52,061 nt of DNA from an uncultured Candidatus Saccharibacteria bacterium (GCA_964509605.1 CAZDXF010000004.1:1-52061); one strand, 5' to 3'. Positions 10,945 to 20,116 are shown, counted from the stretch's first letter. A program made the numbers and translations. Notes: generated from the sequence alone by a model not told the origin.

Positions 10945-11368
10945 AAAGTCTATAAATACGGCAATATTTTTTATCCTCCTCTTATCTATAGTTGTGTATG
11001 GCTTTTTCCAAGCCAGAAATTTGATAGCTGGGCCATCAATAGAGATAGAGAGTCCGCAAAATGGTTCTGTTATAACGACCCCAGAAATTGAAGTCCGAGG
11101 AAAAGCTAGAAACATAGCCTTTATTAAGCTAAACGATAGGCAAATATTCATAGATGACGAGGGTTATTTTAGCGAAAAATTGATAGCCAAACCGGGCTAT
11201 AATATAATCAAGCTCACCACAGAAGATAGGTTCCGAAGGCAAAAAGACAATTTAATAGAAATTGTATACGATGCTCCGATGGAAGAAATTGTTGAAGATG
11301 TCGTAGAAGAAAAAGAAGAAATGTCTGAGGAAGAAGCGAATGTAAAAAAATTAGAAGAAAATTTTTAA
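10928..11368 (+). CDS. Hypothetical membrane-anchored protein with an acidic C-terminal tail
   Basis: 146 aa with an N-terminal TM helix. It overlaps the ftsK stop by 17 nt. Confidence 0.55.
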   Translation: MNYNPRKSINTAIFFILLLSIVVYGFFQARNLIAGPSIEIESPQNGSVITTPEIEVRGKARNIAFIKLNDRQIFIDDEGYFSEKLIAKPGYNIIKLTTEDRFRRQKDNLIEIVYDAPMEEIVEDVVEEKEEMSEEEANVKKLEENF

Positions 11369-11371
11369 AAA

Positions 11372-12382
11372 ATGAGTAAAAAACAAAAAACAGAGACCAA
11401 GGATTCTCAAAAAAACATAGAGGAAACTTTGCGACAAATAAAAACAAAGTTTGGAGAAGAGGCAATAATGAAATTGGGTGAGAAACCGAAAGTGGATGTA
11501 AATGTTGTGCCCACCGGATCAATCGGCTTGGATTCTGCTCTTGGGGTAGGTGGTTTTCCTCGCGGGAGAATAATTGAAATATTTGGTCCAGAATCTTCAG
11601 GAAAAACAACCTTGGCGCTTCACGCAATAGCTGAGGCGCAAAAAACCGGAGGAATTTGCGCTTTTATAGACGCTGAACACGCTATGGACCCTGAATACGC
11701 AAAAAAACTCGGAGTCAAAATAGACGAACTTCTAATCTCTCAACCCGATACAGGAGAACAGGCTCTTGAAATAACAGAAAGTCTCGTAAGATCGGGCAAA
11801 ATGGATGTTATTGTCGTAGACTCGGTAGCGGCCCTTACTCCAAAAGATGAAATTGAGGGTGATATGGGGGCGCACCATGTTGGCAAACAAGCTCGCCTAA
11901 TGAGCCAAGCTCTTAGAAAACTAACAGCTATTGTTGCTCGATCAAAAACAATTGTCATCTTTATTAACCAAATCAGAATGCAAATAGGGGTGATGTTTGG
12001 TAATCCAGAAACAACCCCCGGCGGAAAAGCTCTCAAATTTTACACATCAGTTCGTTTGGATATAAGAAGGATTGCCCAAATAAAAAAAGGTGATGAAGTT
12101 GTGGGAGGAAGAGTGCGCGTTAAAGTGGTAAAAAACAAAGTCGCTGCTCCATTTAAGCAGACAGAATTTGACCTAATGTATAACGAAGGAATTTCAAGAG
12201 AAGGAGAAATAATCGCTTTGGGAGAAAAATTTGGCATAATTCAAAAATCTGGATCTTCATATTCTGCGGGAGAAATGAAGCTGGGCAGAGGATATGATGC
12301 GACAAGACAATTTTTGAAAGAAAATAAAAAAACCTCCGATTCCCTACTAAAAGAAATTCGAGAAAAACTAAAAAGTCAGTAG
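11372..12382 (+). CDS. recA: Recombinase RecA
   Basis: [20 protein letters not shown] (Walker A), [34 protein letters not shown]; unmistakable RecA. Confidence 0.97.
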   Translation: MSKKQKTETKDSQKNIEETLRQIKTKFGEEAIMKLGEKPKVDVNVVPTGSIGLDSALGVGGFPRGRIIEIFGPESSGKTTLALHAIAEAQKTGGICAFIDAEHAMDPEYAKKLGVKIDELLISQPDTGEQALEITESLVRSGKMDVIVVDSVAALTPKDEIEGDMGAHHVGKQARLMSQALRKLTAIVARSKTIVIFINQIRMQIGVMFGNPETTPGGKALKFYTSVRLDIRRIAQIKKGDEVVGGRVRVKVVKNKVAAPFKQTEFDLMYNEGISREGEIIALGEKFGIIQKSGSSYSAGEMKLGRGYDATRQFLKENKKTSDSLLKEIREKLKSQ

Positions 12383-12399
12383 TTGAAAAAATAAAGCTT

Positions 12400-12700
12400 A
12401 TATCTTATAATCGCAAAACTCGCACTCAGCGAATTCGGCGAATAGCACCCTTTTGTGGGTATGATCATTCCGAGCCAAAAGAAGGATATTTCATAAAAAT
12501 CAGAAAGCTCGGAACAGACGAGAAGTTGGTGAACTAGCGGGCCTAAGCCACCCGCGCGCATCAACTCTCTTAAGGGCCTCCCGGTTGGGTATAAATAGGA
12601 ACTTGCCTCCGCGCCAGTACCAAAAAAATACCCGTGCAGACCAGGAATAAACCGAACCGCAGTGTGAGAAGCCGGTCCAACGCCCACAGGGCCGGTTTTT
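12400..12700 (+). ncRNA. Unassigned GC-enriched, hairpin-rich non-coding stretch between recA and efp, ending in a + strand intrinsic terminator
   Basis: No credible ORF. Local hairpins include ccgagc...gctcgg and gcggg-cctaagcca-cccgc. Terminator ccggtcc-aacgcccaca-gggccgg+TTTTT lies at 12671-12700. I could not find RNase P, SRP or tmRNA signature motifs. Confidence 0.25.
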
Positions 12701-12712
12701 CAATAAAAAAAT

Positions 12713-13279
12713 ATGCTTCAATACAACGAAATCACAGAAAGAAAATTTATAGAATTAGACGGAGAACCATACGAGGTTCTAGATTCTCATGTCTTCAGAA
12801 AACAACAAAGAAAACCTGTTAATGTGACAAAATTAAAAAATTTAATAACCGGAAAAGTTTCGGAGAGGTCTTTTCATGTATCTGAAAAAGTAGATGAAGC
12901 CGACATTTCTTCAAAAGAAGTAAAATACTTGTACAACAACAAAGGAGAGTGGTGGTTCTGCGAACCAAATGACCCAAGCAAAAGGTTTTCTCTCCCCGAA
13001 GAAATTTTGGGAGACGGTAGAAAGTTTTTAAAAGAAAACACTATTATAAATGCAGTTGTATTTGACGAAAAGATAATTGGTGCAAAGCTCCCGATTAAGG
13101 TTGAACTCAAAGTAACAGGAGCAGAACCTGCAGTTAAAGGAGATACCGCAAAAGGAGGAAACAAAATAGTGACCTTAGAAACTGGGGCGACAATTCTTAC
13201 TCCCCTATTTGTAAAAGAAGGAGATATTGTCAGAGTAAACACAGAGACTGGAGAATATACAGACAGAGTAACTAGTTAA
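12713..13279 (+). CDS. efp: Elongation factor P
   Basis: 188 aa. YEVLDSHVFRKQQRKPVNVTKLKNLITGKV and the three-domain length are typical of EF-P. Confidence 0.9.
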   Translation: MLQYNEITERKFIELDGEPYEVLDSHVFRKQQRKPVNVTKLKNLITGKVSERSFHVSEKVDEADISSKEVKYLYNNKGEWWFCEPNDPSKRFSLPEEILGDGRKFLKENTIINAVVFDEKIIGAKLPIKVELKVTGAEPAVKGDTAKGGNKIVTLETGATILTPLFVKEGDIVRVNTETGEYTDRVTS

Positions 13280-13580
13280 CTTCCCTATCTACCTCATCGT
13301 CTTCTTCGAGCTTTTTGAAAAGATTAAATTTTTCAAAAAGCTGGCCCAACACTCCCCCAATAAAAACCCAGAAAATAAAAACAAAAGCTGGTTCCAGAGA
13401 GCCGAGAGTCTCATAAGCCCTGGCATCAGTTATAAACTCAATTAGAAGTAAAGGAGAGAATATTGGCGGTAGGAAAGGATCGACAAAACAGCCGATATCT
13501 AACGGGCAGACTATCTTTAGAAAGAATATTAGTAGCAGGAATACGGCAAAAAAGATTCCTCCTTTTAGCCAACCTCGCAT
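13272..13580 (-). CDS. Hypothetical small membrane protein
   Basis: 102 aa with 2-3 hydrophobic helices. Confidence 0.45.
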   Translation of the reverse strand: MRGWLKGGIFFAVFLLLIFFLKIVCPLDIGCFVDPFLPPIFSPLLLIEFITDARAYETLGSLEPAFVFIFWVFIGGVLGQLFEKFNLFKKLEEDDEVDREVN

Positions 13581-13581
13581 A

Positions 13582-13776
13582 TTATTTTGAAGTATAAGGT
13601 AAAAGACCTAGGAATCTAGCTCTTTTTACCGCCAAAGACAACATTCTTTGGTGCTTCGCAGAAATTCCAGTTCTTTTTCTGGACAAAATTCTTGCGTGAG
13701 GATTTAGAAACTTTTTAATAAGTTCCGTATCTTTATAATCTATATGCTTTACATTTTGAAGACTTGTTTGTTTCAT
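13582..13776 (-). CDS. rpsR: 30S ribosomal protein S18
   Basis: IDYKDTELIKKFLNPHARILSRKRTGISAKHQRMLSLAVKRARFLGLLPY. Confidence 0.92.
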   Translation of the reverse strand: MKQTSLQNVKHIDYKDTELIKKFLNPHARILSRKRTGISAKHQRMLSLAVKRARFLGLLPYTSK

Positions 13777-13892
13777 CCCGTTTAGAAGCAGGTCGCGGTC
13801 TACGAACTCTGCTGTATATTATATTTAATAATTTAATTTTATAATCAATCTTTTCCCTCGCTTAGAAGCCGTGACCGTGGCTTCTAACGGGA
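13777..13892 (-). repeat. 116-nt structured intergenic repeat, copy A (exactly fills the ssb stop to rpsR start gap)
   Basis: Colinear with 14331-14446. Positions 1-57 are near-identical (2 mismatches), the last ~29 nt differ at 2 positions, and the centre has diverged. The termini cccgtttagaagc / gcttctaacggg are complementary. Confidence 0.85.
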
Positions 13893-14330
13893 TTAAAATG
13901 GGATATCGTCAGGATTAATTTCTTCTGGATATTCAATTGTATCTAACTCTTCTTTGGCTGGGGCTTTGCTTGAAGGGCTTTCTGGAGAGGCTGAAACGCC
14001 TTCCCTTCTTGGACCAAACTGAATCCTGTCAGCAACTATTTCTGTTCTGTATTTTTTTGTTCCGTCAGAAGCATCCCAACTTCTTGTTTGAATTCTTCCT
14101 TCCACAAGGACTGAACTCCCTTTCTTGAGATACTGAGCCACTGTCTCTGCCTGTCTGCCAAATGTGACTATATTATGATAGTCGGCGCTTTCTTGGCGAG
14201 CTCCATTTTTATCTTTCCAAACTCTATTAGTAGCAATTGAGAAAGCCGTGACTTGTATTCCAGATGGAAGAGCTTTCATTTCTGGATCTCTTGTAAGATT
14301 TCCTATAAGAATCGCTTTGTTTAGATACAT
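13893..14330 (-). CDS. ssb: Single-stranded DNA-binding protein
   Basis: The OB fold (LNKAILIGNLTRDPEMKALPSG...VWKDKNGARQESADYHNIVTFGRQAE) and the acidic tip DDIPF. Confidence 0.92.
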   Translation of the reverse strand: MYLNKAILIGNLTRDPEMKALPSGIQVTAFSIATNRVWKDKNGARQESADYHNIVTFGRQAETVAQYLKKGSSVLVEGRIQTRSWDASDGTKKYRTEIVADRIQFGPRREGVSASPESPSSKAPAKEELDTIEYPEEINPDDIPF

Positions 14331-14446
14331 CCCGTTTAGAAGCAGGTCGCGGTCTACGAACTCTGCTATATATTATTTTTAATAATTCGACTCTATAAAC
14401 AACCCCTCTCCCTTTCCAGAAACCGTGACCGCGGCTTCTAACGGGA
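14331..14446 (-). repeat. 116-nt structured intergenic repeat, copy B (starts immediately upstream of the ssb ATG)
   Basis: See copy A. It has the same length and conserved ends, and it abuts the start codon in the same way (..gcttctaaacgggATG on the minus strand). Confidence 0.85.
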
Positions 14447-14545
14447 GACATATTTTTGTTTAGAAAAAGTCTTTCAACCTCTCTAGTGTTCTTTTAATTA
14501 AACTAACTCTACTCTTTGAACTAGTTTTTTTCAACCACAAAGAGC

Positions 14546-15034
14546 TTATTCTTCTGTTACCAACTCTTCTATGCTTTTGTCTATATCTTCCTGAGAAGAC
14601 TCGGAAGCTGGCGCTTCGCTTGTCGCCTCTTCAGACGAATCTTTTTCTTCAGTGAAAGTCTTAGACAAACCCATAAAAGTATTTTCACGAACTGTTTTTA
14701 TAAGGAGAAAACGAAGGATGTTCTCAGCAGATTTCAAGTTGTCGTGCAAAGTCGGTATGGACTCTGCAGGAGCTTCAAATTTAATCCAGCCAAAATAAGC
14801 TGATTTAAAGTCTTGATTTTTTGAGCCAACAGTCTTTGTCATTTCATAAGACAAAGTTTGAAACTGCGGATCTCCCTGAGAGATTACAGTCCCCGAAACA
14901 TCAGCAATCATCTTTTTTATTGCTTCTGTATTCTGGGAAACCTGTTCTTCTGGAATGGAAGGGAGCAAAAGATAGCCCACTTCATAGACTCTAAGGGAAT
15001 CTCCTTCATTTTTCTCAATATGATCTTCGGTCAT
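14546..15034 (-). CDS. rpsF: 30S ribosomal protein S6 with an acidic C-terminal extension
   Basis: YEVGYLLLPSIPEEQV...GWIKFEAPAESIPTLHDNLKSAENILRFLLIK, in rpsF-ssb-rpsR order. Confidence 0.85.
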   Translation of the reverse strand: MTEDHIEKNEGDSLRVYEVGYLLLPSIPEEQVSQNTEAIKKMIADVSGTVISQGDPQFQTLSYEMTKTVGSKNQDFKSAYFGWIKFEAPAESIPTLHDNLKSAENILRFLLIKTVRENTFMGLSKTFTEEKDSSEEATSEAPASESSQEDIDKSIEELVTEE

Positions 15035-15104
15035 ATATGGTCATTCCTTAACTAATAATCCTCGTTTGAGGTTAGAGCACAATAGCACAATATAAAAGAG
15101 CGGG

Positions 15105-15165
15105 CAATGGTGAGGGGTAAAGAATGAGGAATGGTGAATGGAGAATGATGAATAAGAAAATGAAG
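15105..15165. repeat. Purine-rich heptamer array (nnnGAAT)n in the tatD-rpsF intergenic region
   Basis: Read in 7-nt register: aaaGAAT gagGAAT ggtGAAT ggaGAAT gatGAAT aagAAAA. Confidence 0.7.
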
Positions 15166-15197
15166 ACAAAAAATTCTCGAAAATATTTTAATCTTCC

Positions 15198-16010
15198 TTA
15201 AATAACTATTTTAAATACCCTTAGGGCGTTTTTTACCATGACCTCCCTCACCTCTTCAAACGAAGCGCCTCGTATTTCAGCGATTTTTTTGACCACTTCG
15301 CTTACATATGAAGGTTCATTTCTTTTGCCTCTATACGGTACTGGTGCCACATAAGGCGCATCGGTCTCGCTCATAATCATATCTATTGGTGCAAACTTAA
15401 CCACTTCATCATAATCATGGGTAAAGGTTAAAACTCCAGTAAAAGAAACTGTGAATCCAATATCAAAAAATCTGCGAGCGATTTCTTTGTCTCCGGCAAA
15501 AAAATGAACATTGCCAAAAAGTCTCTCCCCTTCTTTTTTTGCAATTGGTTCCAAAATATTTAACACTTCTTCATAAGCATCTCTGGAATGAATCATTATT
15601 GCCTTGTTGTTTGCTATAGCAAAGTCAATATGATTTAAAAAAAGATCTTGCTGTCTCTTAATTTCCCCCTTGGTCAAACCCTGCCCACCCAAGGCGGGTC
15701 CGCCTCGGGCGGAATGAAAAAAATCCAAACCGCACTCTCCTACTGCTACAACTTTTGGATTTGAGACAAGTTCTTGAAAATTATCTTTATCGAAAACCCT
15801 TGAAGGGTTATCTACAGGATGAACCCCTATACAAGCATAGATCTCTCTATGCTTGTCTGCCAACTCTACAGCTTTTTGAGATTGCTCAAGATCAGTGCCA
15901 ACGACAATAGTGTGCGTGTCTGTTTCTTTTAGACGGCCAATAACCTCGTCAAAATCGGATCCATAGTCCTTGAAATTTAGATGAGAATGAATGTCAAAGA
16001 ATTGAGGCAT
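15198..16010 (-). CDS. tatD: TatD-family metal-dependent hydrolase/DNase
   Basis: FFDIHSHLNF at the N-terminus, GECGLDF, and the ETDAPY motif. Confidence 0.85.
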   Translation of the reverse strand: MPQFFDIHSHLNFKDYGSDFDEVIGRLKETDTHTIVVGTDLEQSQKAVELADKHREIYACIGVHPVDNPSRVFDKDNFQELVSNPKVVAVGECGLDFFHSARGGPALGGQGLTKGEIKRQQDLFLNHIDFAIANNKAIMIHSRDAYEEVLNILEPIAKKEGERLFGNVHFFAGDKEIARRFFDIGFTVSFTGVLTFTHDYDEVVKFAPIDMIMSETDAPYVAPVPYRGKRNEPSYVSEVVKKIAEIRGASFEEVREVMVKNALRVFKIVI

Positions 16011-16066
16011 GGAAGGAAGAATGATGAATAAGGAATAAGGAATAATGAATGAGAAATAAGAATTAG
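16011..16066. repeat. Second purine-rich heptamer array (nGAATnn)n in the metG-tatD intergenic region
   Basis: ggaagga agaatga tgaataa ggaataa ggaataa tgaatga gaaataa gaattag. Confidence 0.7.
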
Positions 16067-17505
16067 TCTTTGCGGGGGAAAATGGGTTTCTCAGGAGATT
16101 TGTTTTTATTAATAGCTTCTATAATTTTTACTGATGTTTCTGGCATAAAGGGCGCTAGATTGTGAGCCACCTCTCCAAGCTTTTTTACAAAAAACTCTAT
16201 ATCTTTTTTATCTTTAGTCTTCCAAGGTTGTTTATTTTGGATCTCCCAATCAATAAGACCAATCGAAGCAAAAATAAGATTTACAGCCTTTTGAATTTCA
16301 AAACTCTCTAAAAGCTCAGCAACTCCTTTTTCTACATCCAAACCATTTAAAGAAACCGGCCCTGCCATATGAGTCTCCGACAGCTTCATTATTCTTGAAA
16401 CCAAGTTTCCGAGACCGTTTGCCAGATTGGCGTTGTATGACTCTTTAAACCTTTCCATAGTGAAAGGGCTATCTTCAAAAGACGAAATTTCTCTGGCAAG
16501 AAAATATCTAAGGGCATCTGTGCCATACTCTTCAATAACATCGAATGGGTTTATTACATTTCCTAGAGATTTAGACATTTTTATGCCTCCGTCCCCCGTT
16601 ATAAATCCATTTACCACCACCGTCCTTGTGGGAGTAAGACCTGCTGACATAAGCATTGCTTGCCACATTACAGATTGGAAACGAGTATTATCTTTTCCAC
16701 AATATTGGACCGGAGTGCCATTGACCCAAAACTTTGTAAAAGTCTCTTCGTCTTTTGGCCACCCTAGCGTGGAAATATAGTTAACAAGAGCATCAAACCA
16801 TACATACATCACATGTTCTTCATCATCTGGAACCGGCAAACCCCAAGACATATTTTTTTTAAGTCTTGAAATACTAAAGTCTTCCAATCCTCTTTTTATA
16901 AACTCCCTCATTTCATTTTTTCTGTGAGATGGAATTATCTTGAGCTCGCCTTTATCAAAAAGATTTAAAATTTTATCTCCAAAATCTGAAAATTTGAAAA
17001 AGTAATTCTCTTCTTCACGAATTTCTATATCTCTGTCAGGATGAATAATGCATCTGCCGTTTTCCAAATCAGATTCCGATTTGTTTTCTTCACACAATAC
17101 ACAGTATTTTGCTTTGTAGTTTTTCTTATAAATATAGCCGTTGCTCTTTGCCCTTTTCCAAAATTCAAAAGCGGCTTCTTCATGCTTCTTGTCGGTAGTT
17201 CTGATGAAATGAATGTCCTCCTTCATTCCAAGTTTTGGAATGATTTGTTTGAAACGATTTGCATTTTTATCTACATAATCAAGTATCTCTACGCCCTCTT
17301 TCTCTGCAGATTCAGCAATTTTTTGTCCGTGTTCGTCCGTGCCAGTATTGAAAAAAACTTCATAACCCTGAGACTCTTTAAAGCGGGCGATTATATCCGC
17401 GCGCACAAACTCCAAAGCGTGCCCCATATGAGGATCGCCGTTTACATAAGGAAGTGTAGTTGTAATATAGAAAGACTTTTCAGATCCTTCGTTTTCTTTT
17501 TTCAT
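16063..17505 (-). CDS. metG: Methionyl-tRNA synthetase (short form, no C-terminal tRNA-binding domain)
   Basis: TTTLPYVNGDPHMGHALE (HIGH-like) and KMSKSLGN; 480 aa. Confidence 0.92.
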   Translation of the reverse strand: MKKENEGSEKSFYITTTLPYVNGDPHMGHALEFVRADIIARFKESQGYEVFFNTGTDEHGQKIAESAEKEGVEILDYVDKNANRFKQIIPKLGMKEDIHFIRTTDKKHEEAAFEFWKRAKSNGYIYKKNYKAKYCVLCEENKSESDLENGRCIIHPDRDIEIREEENYFFKFSDFGDKILNLFDKGELKIIPSHRKNEMREFIKRGLEDFSISRLKKNMSWGLPVPDDEEHVMYVWFDALVNYISTLGWPKDEETFTKFWVNGTPVQYCGKDNTRFQSVMWQAMLMSAGLTPTRTVVVNGFITGDGGIKMSKSLGNVINPFDVIEEYGTDALRYFLAREISSFEDSPFTMERFKESYNANLANGLGNLVSRIMKLSETHMAGPVSLNGLDVEKGVAELLESFEIQKAVNLIFASIGLIDWEIQNKQPWKTKDKKDIEFFVKKLGEVAHNLAPFMPETSVKIIEAINKNKSPEKPIFPRKD

Positions 17506-17511
17506 TTTCAG

Positions 17512-18579
17512 TTAAACAGAATTTTCCTGCGAGCCAGCCTTTCTTTTTTCAAAGTCGTCCAAAAATTCCATAAAGACAGCTGCTAGAGGAACTGAAAGAA
17601 TAATACCCAAAAATCCTGCGAGCTTAGCACCGATAACAAGCGCTAAAATTGAAATTATGGGCGGAACACCAACAACTTTTTTAACAACCAAAGGATAGAT
17701 CAGCTGACTTTCAAATTGCTGAATAATTATATAAAAACCAGTAACGATAAGGGCCATTGTTAAACCTCCGTCTATAAAAGAAAGGAGGATCGCTGGAATA
17801 GCCGCGAGGAAAGAGCCGAATATTGGAATGAGCTCAAAGACCGCGGCAACAACCGCCAAGAGAAGAGCGTGTTTGACTTGAAGCAAAGAAAGTCCTAGAA
17901 AAACTAAAATACCGACAATGATTGCCAACACCAACTGCCCTTGCATCCAATACCCTATTTTGAGCTGGGATCTTTTCCAAAGTCCGATTACATACTTCTC
18001 TTGCTTGAGGGGAACAACGGCTCTAAGAAATTTTGAAACTCCATCTTCCTGAACCGCCAGATAAAAAGACAAGACAACGATAAGCAGGAAACTTAAAGCT
18101 CCTCCGAAAATAACATCAACTGTGCTGAAGAAACCGCTAGAAAGCTCCGCAAATGTTTGGTTTACCTCGTTTATGATTGAAGGCAAAGAAAAACTATCTG
18201 AAAATCCAGAAAGAAATGCTCCTCCACCAGAACCGAGCTCTGTTTCAGCCGACTTGCTCAAGACATAAGAATACTCTGGCAAAGTCCTCAAAAATTCTGC
18301 TGATTCGCTAAGAAGAGGAAGTAAGATGAAGTAGAAAGAAGATACAAATATAATAGCTGTTGCCAAGTAGATTAGAATAACAGCCGGCACCCTGGGGATC
18401 CTTCTTTCAATAAACCACTTTGTGCCCGGCTCCACAGCTGAAGCTACCACTATGGCCGTGAGAATAACCAAAAGTATATCCAATAGCCTATAAGCTATTA
18501 AAAAGACTGAAATCACCAATAGAAATCGGACCATTGTTCCCGTGCTTATATTTACGAGAGAAAAGCTTCCTTTTGACAT
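17512..18579 (-). CDS. AI-2E family transporter (PerM/UPF0118)
   Basis: 355 aa with ~8 TM helices, plus ELIPIFGSFLAAIP and VPPIISILALVIGAKLAGFLG typical of the family. Confidence 0.8.
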   Translation of the reverse strand: MSKGSFSLVNISTGTMVRFLLVISVFLIAYRLLDILLVILTAIVVASAVEPGTKWFIERRIPRVPAVILIYLATAIIFVSSFYFILLPLLSESAEFLRTLPEYSYVLSKSAETELGSGGGAFLSGFSDSFSLPSIINEVNQTFAELSSGFFSTVDVIFGGALSFLLIVVLSFYLAVQEDGVSKFLRAVVPLKQEKYVIGLWKRSQLKIGYWMQGQLVLAIIVGILVFLGLSLLQVKHALLLAVVAAVFELIPIFGSFLAAIPAILLSFIDGGLTMALIVTGFYIIIQQFESQLIYPLVVKKVVGVPPIISILALVIGAKLAGFLGIILSVPLAAVFMEFLDDFEKRKAGSQENSV

Positions 18580-18634
18580 GAATCCATAATAACACTAAAG
18601 ATTTTTTTTGAAAGAAGAGACCGGATGCAGAAAA

Positions 18635-19906
18635 TTAAAAGTTTTTTAGAATTTTTTCAAAATTTTTTGAAGATTTTACATCCCCTATTATCGCCAAGTT
18701 CAAATTTTTTGTTTTAAATATTTCGCCAGCGAGTTTTTTTATATCTTTAGCAGAGACTTTTCTTACTTTAGCTTCTATTTCCGAAGGGATTTCAATCTTT
18801 CTTCTCAAAACTTCTTGTATTGCGCAAAATTCGGCAACTTGATCAGAACTCTCCAAGTCCATAGCCAAATTGCCGATGACATATTCTTTTGCTTTTTCTA
18901 GCTCTTTTGAAGAAACCTCTTCATCTTTTAATTTTTTATATTCTTCAAGAATCGCTTTTACCACCTCCTCCGCGCGAGAATTTTCAACCCCGGTATAAGT
19001 TGCCAAAAAACCGTGATCCGTAAAATCATCTGCCGATGAGCGAACATAGTAGCCCACCCCCATACCCTCCCTAATCTTTTGGAAAAGTCGAGAGCTCATA
19101 CCTTGGCCCAATATAGTGTTTAGCACCATAAGAGTTGTGTTTCTCTTGTCTTTAGTGCCAAAAGTTCTAACACCCAAAGCAATGTGGGCTTGTCCAGTCT
19201 TTTTATTCTTAACAAAAACTTTTGGCGCGTTTTGGCTCTCAACAACTTTTGCTTTTTTATCTTTTGAACCGTTTGAGATGTTTTTGAAAAATTCGGAAAT
19301 CTTTTTCAAAACCTTTTTTTCATCAAAATTCCCAGACACCACCACTATTGTTGATTTTGCCACATAGTGCTTCTTTCTGTAGTTGAAAAAATCTTGTCTC
19401 TTTATTGAACGGATAACATTTTTTTCTCCGAGTATTGTTCTGCCAGCCGGCTGGTCTCCGTACAAAAGTTTTGTAAAGACATCATAAATCTGCCGTTGCG
19501 GAAGGTCTTCATACATATTCATTTCGTCCAATATAACTCCTTTTTCTTTTTGAATTTCTTTTTCTGGAAAATTGGAATTTAAATATATGTCCGAAATTAT
19601 CTCTAAAAGATTGTTGGTATGCTTCGGGTGCGCTTTTGCATAATAGCCAGTAAATTCGTGACCAGTGAAAGCGTTTGTTTGTGCGCCTTTTGATTCTATT
19701 TCATGCAAAATATCCATAGAACTAGGTCTATTTGTGGTCCCCTTAAAACAAACATGTTCTAAAAAGTGAGAAATACCATTTTCTCTTTTTGATTCATATT
19801 TAGAGCCAGCTTCTACCATCACCATAACAGTAGTGGTGACGCTCTCCTTCATGGGCACCAAAATAACCCTCAGACCATTGGAAAGTGTTTTTTTAAAAGC
19901 TTTCAT
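18635..19906 (-). CDS. M16 (pitrilysin/insulinase) family zinc peptidase
   Basis: Inverted zinc motif HFLEHVCFKGT (HxxEH); 423 aa. Confidence 0.87.
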   Translation of the reverse strand: MKAFKKTLSNGLRVILVPMKESVTTTVMVMVEAGSKYESKRENGISHFLEHVCFKGTTNRPSSMDILHEIESKGAQTNAFTGHEFTGYYAKAHPKHTNNLLEIISDIYLNSNFPEKEIQKEKGVILDEMNMYEDLPQRQIYDVFTKLLYGDQPAGRTILGEKNVIRSIKRQDFFNYRKKHYVAKSTIVVVSGNFDEKKVLKKISEFFKNISNGSKDKKAKVVESQNAPKVFVKNKKTGQAHIALGVRTFGTKDKRNTTLMVLNTILGQGMSSRLFQKIREGMGVGYYVRSSADDFTDHGFLATYTGVENSRAEEVVKAILEEYKKLKDEEVSSKELEKAKEYVIGNLAMDLESSDQVAEFCAIQEVLRRKIEIPSEIEAKVRKVSAKDIKKLAGEIFKTKNLNLAIIGDVKSSKNFEKILKNF

Positions 19907-19944
19907 ATTGTTTTGAGTAGTCTATCTGAATGTTACAAATACTT

Positions 19945-19982
19945 CAAATAAACAAAACTCTCCCACCACAAGAGCGGGAGAG
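19945..19982 (-). terminator. Hairpin plus T-run directly 3' of the DGR template repeat
   Basis: The minus strand reads ctctcccgctcttgtggtgggagag followed by ttttgtttatttg. Confidence 0.6.
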
Positions 19983-19994
19983 AAATGAAGAGAG

Positions 19995-20116
19995 TTGCGA
20001 GGAGAGCGGGGTTGTTGACGCTCCACCTGTTCTCGAGCCAGTTCCAGTTCACGACCACCTTGTTGCCGTCCCAAATGAGGTACGGAACATTGCGATTGCC
20101 GTCACGGTTCTGAGCG
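19995..20116 (-). repeat. DGR template repeat (TR)
   Basis: 112/122 identical to 20514-20635. All 10 mismatches are adenines in this copy when read on the minus strand. This copy carries AAC/AAT codons where the other copy has varied codons. Confidence 0.85.

Noticed and set aside
12400-12700. RNase P RNA, SRP RNA or tmRNA in the recA-efp spacer.
   Set aside because: The universally conserved boxes are not present on either strand (GAGGAAAGTCC / ACAGAA..CGGCTTA; GGAAGCAGC; the tRNA-like T-arm plus CCA). The interval is also short for RNase P. It is kept only as an unassigned candidate RNA.
13777-14446. The possibility that the two 116-nt repeats are a mini CRISPR array or a duplicated terminator.
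   Set aside because: There are only two copies, separated by a complete ssb gene. The repeats are 116 nt long with diverged centres and have no T-run after the stems. They are not CRISPR-like and not obvious terminators.
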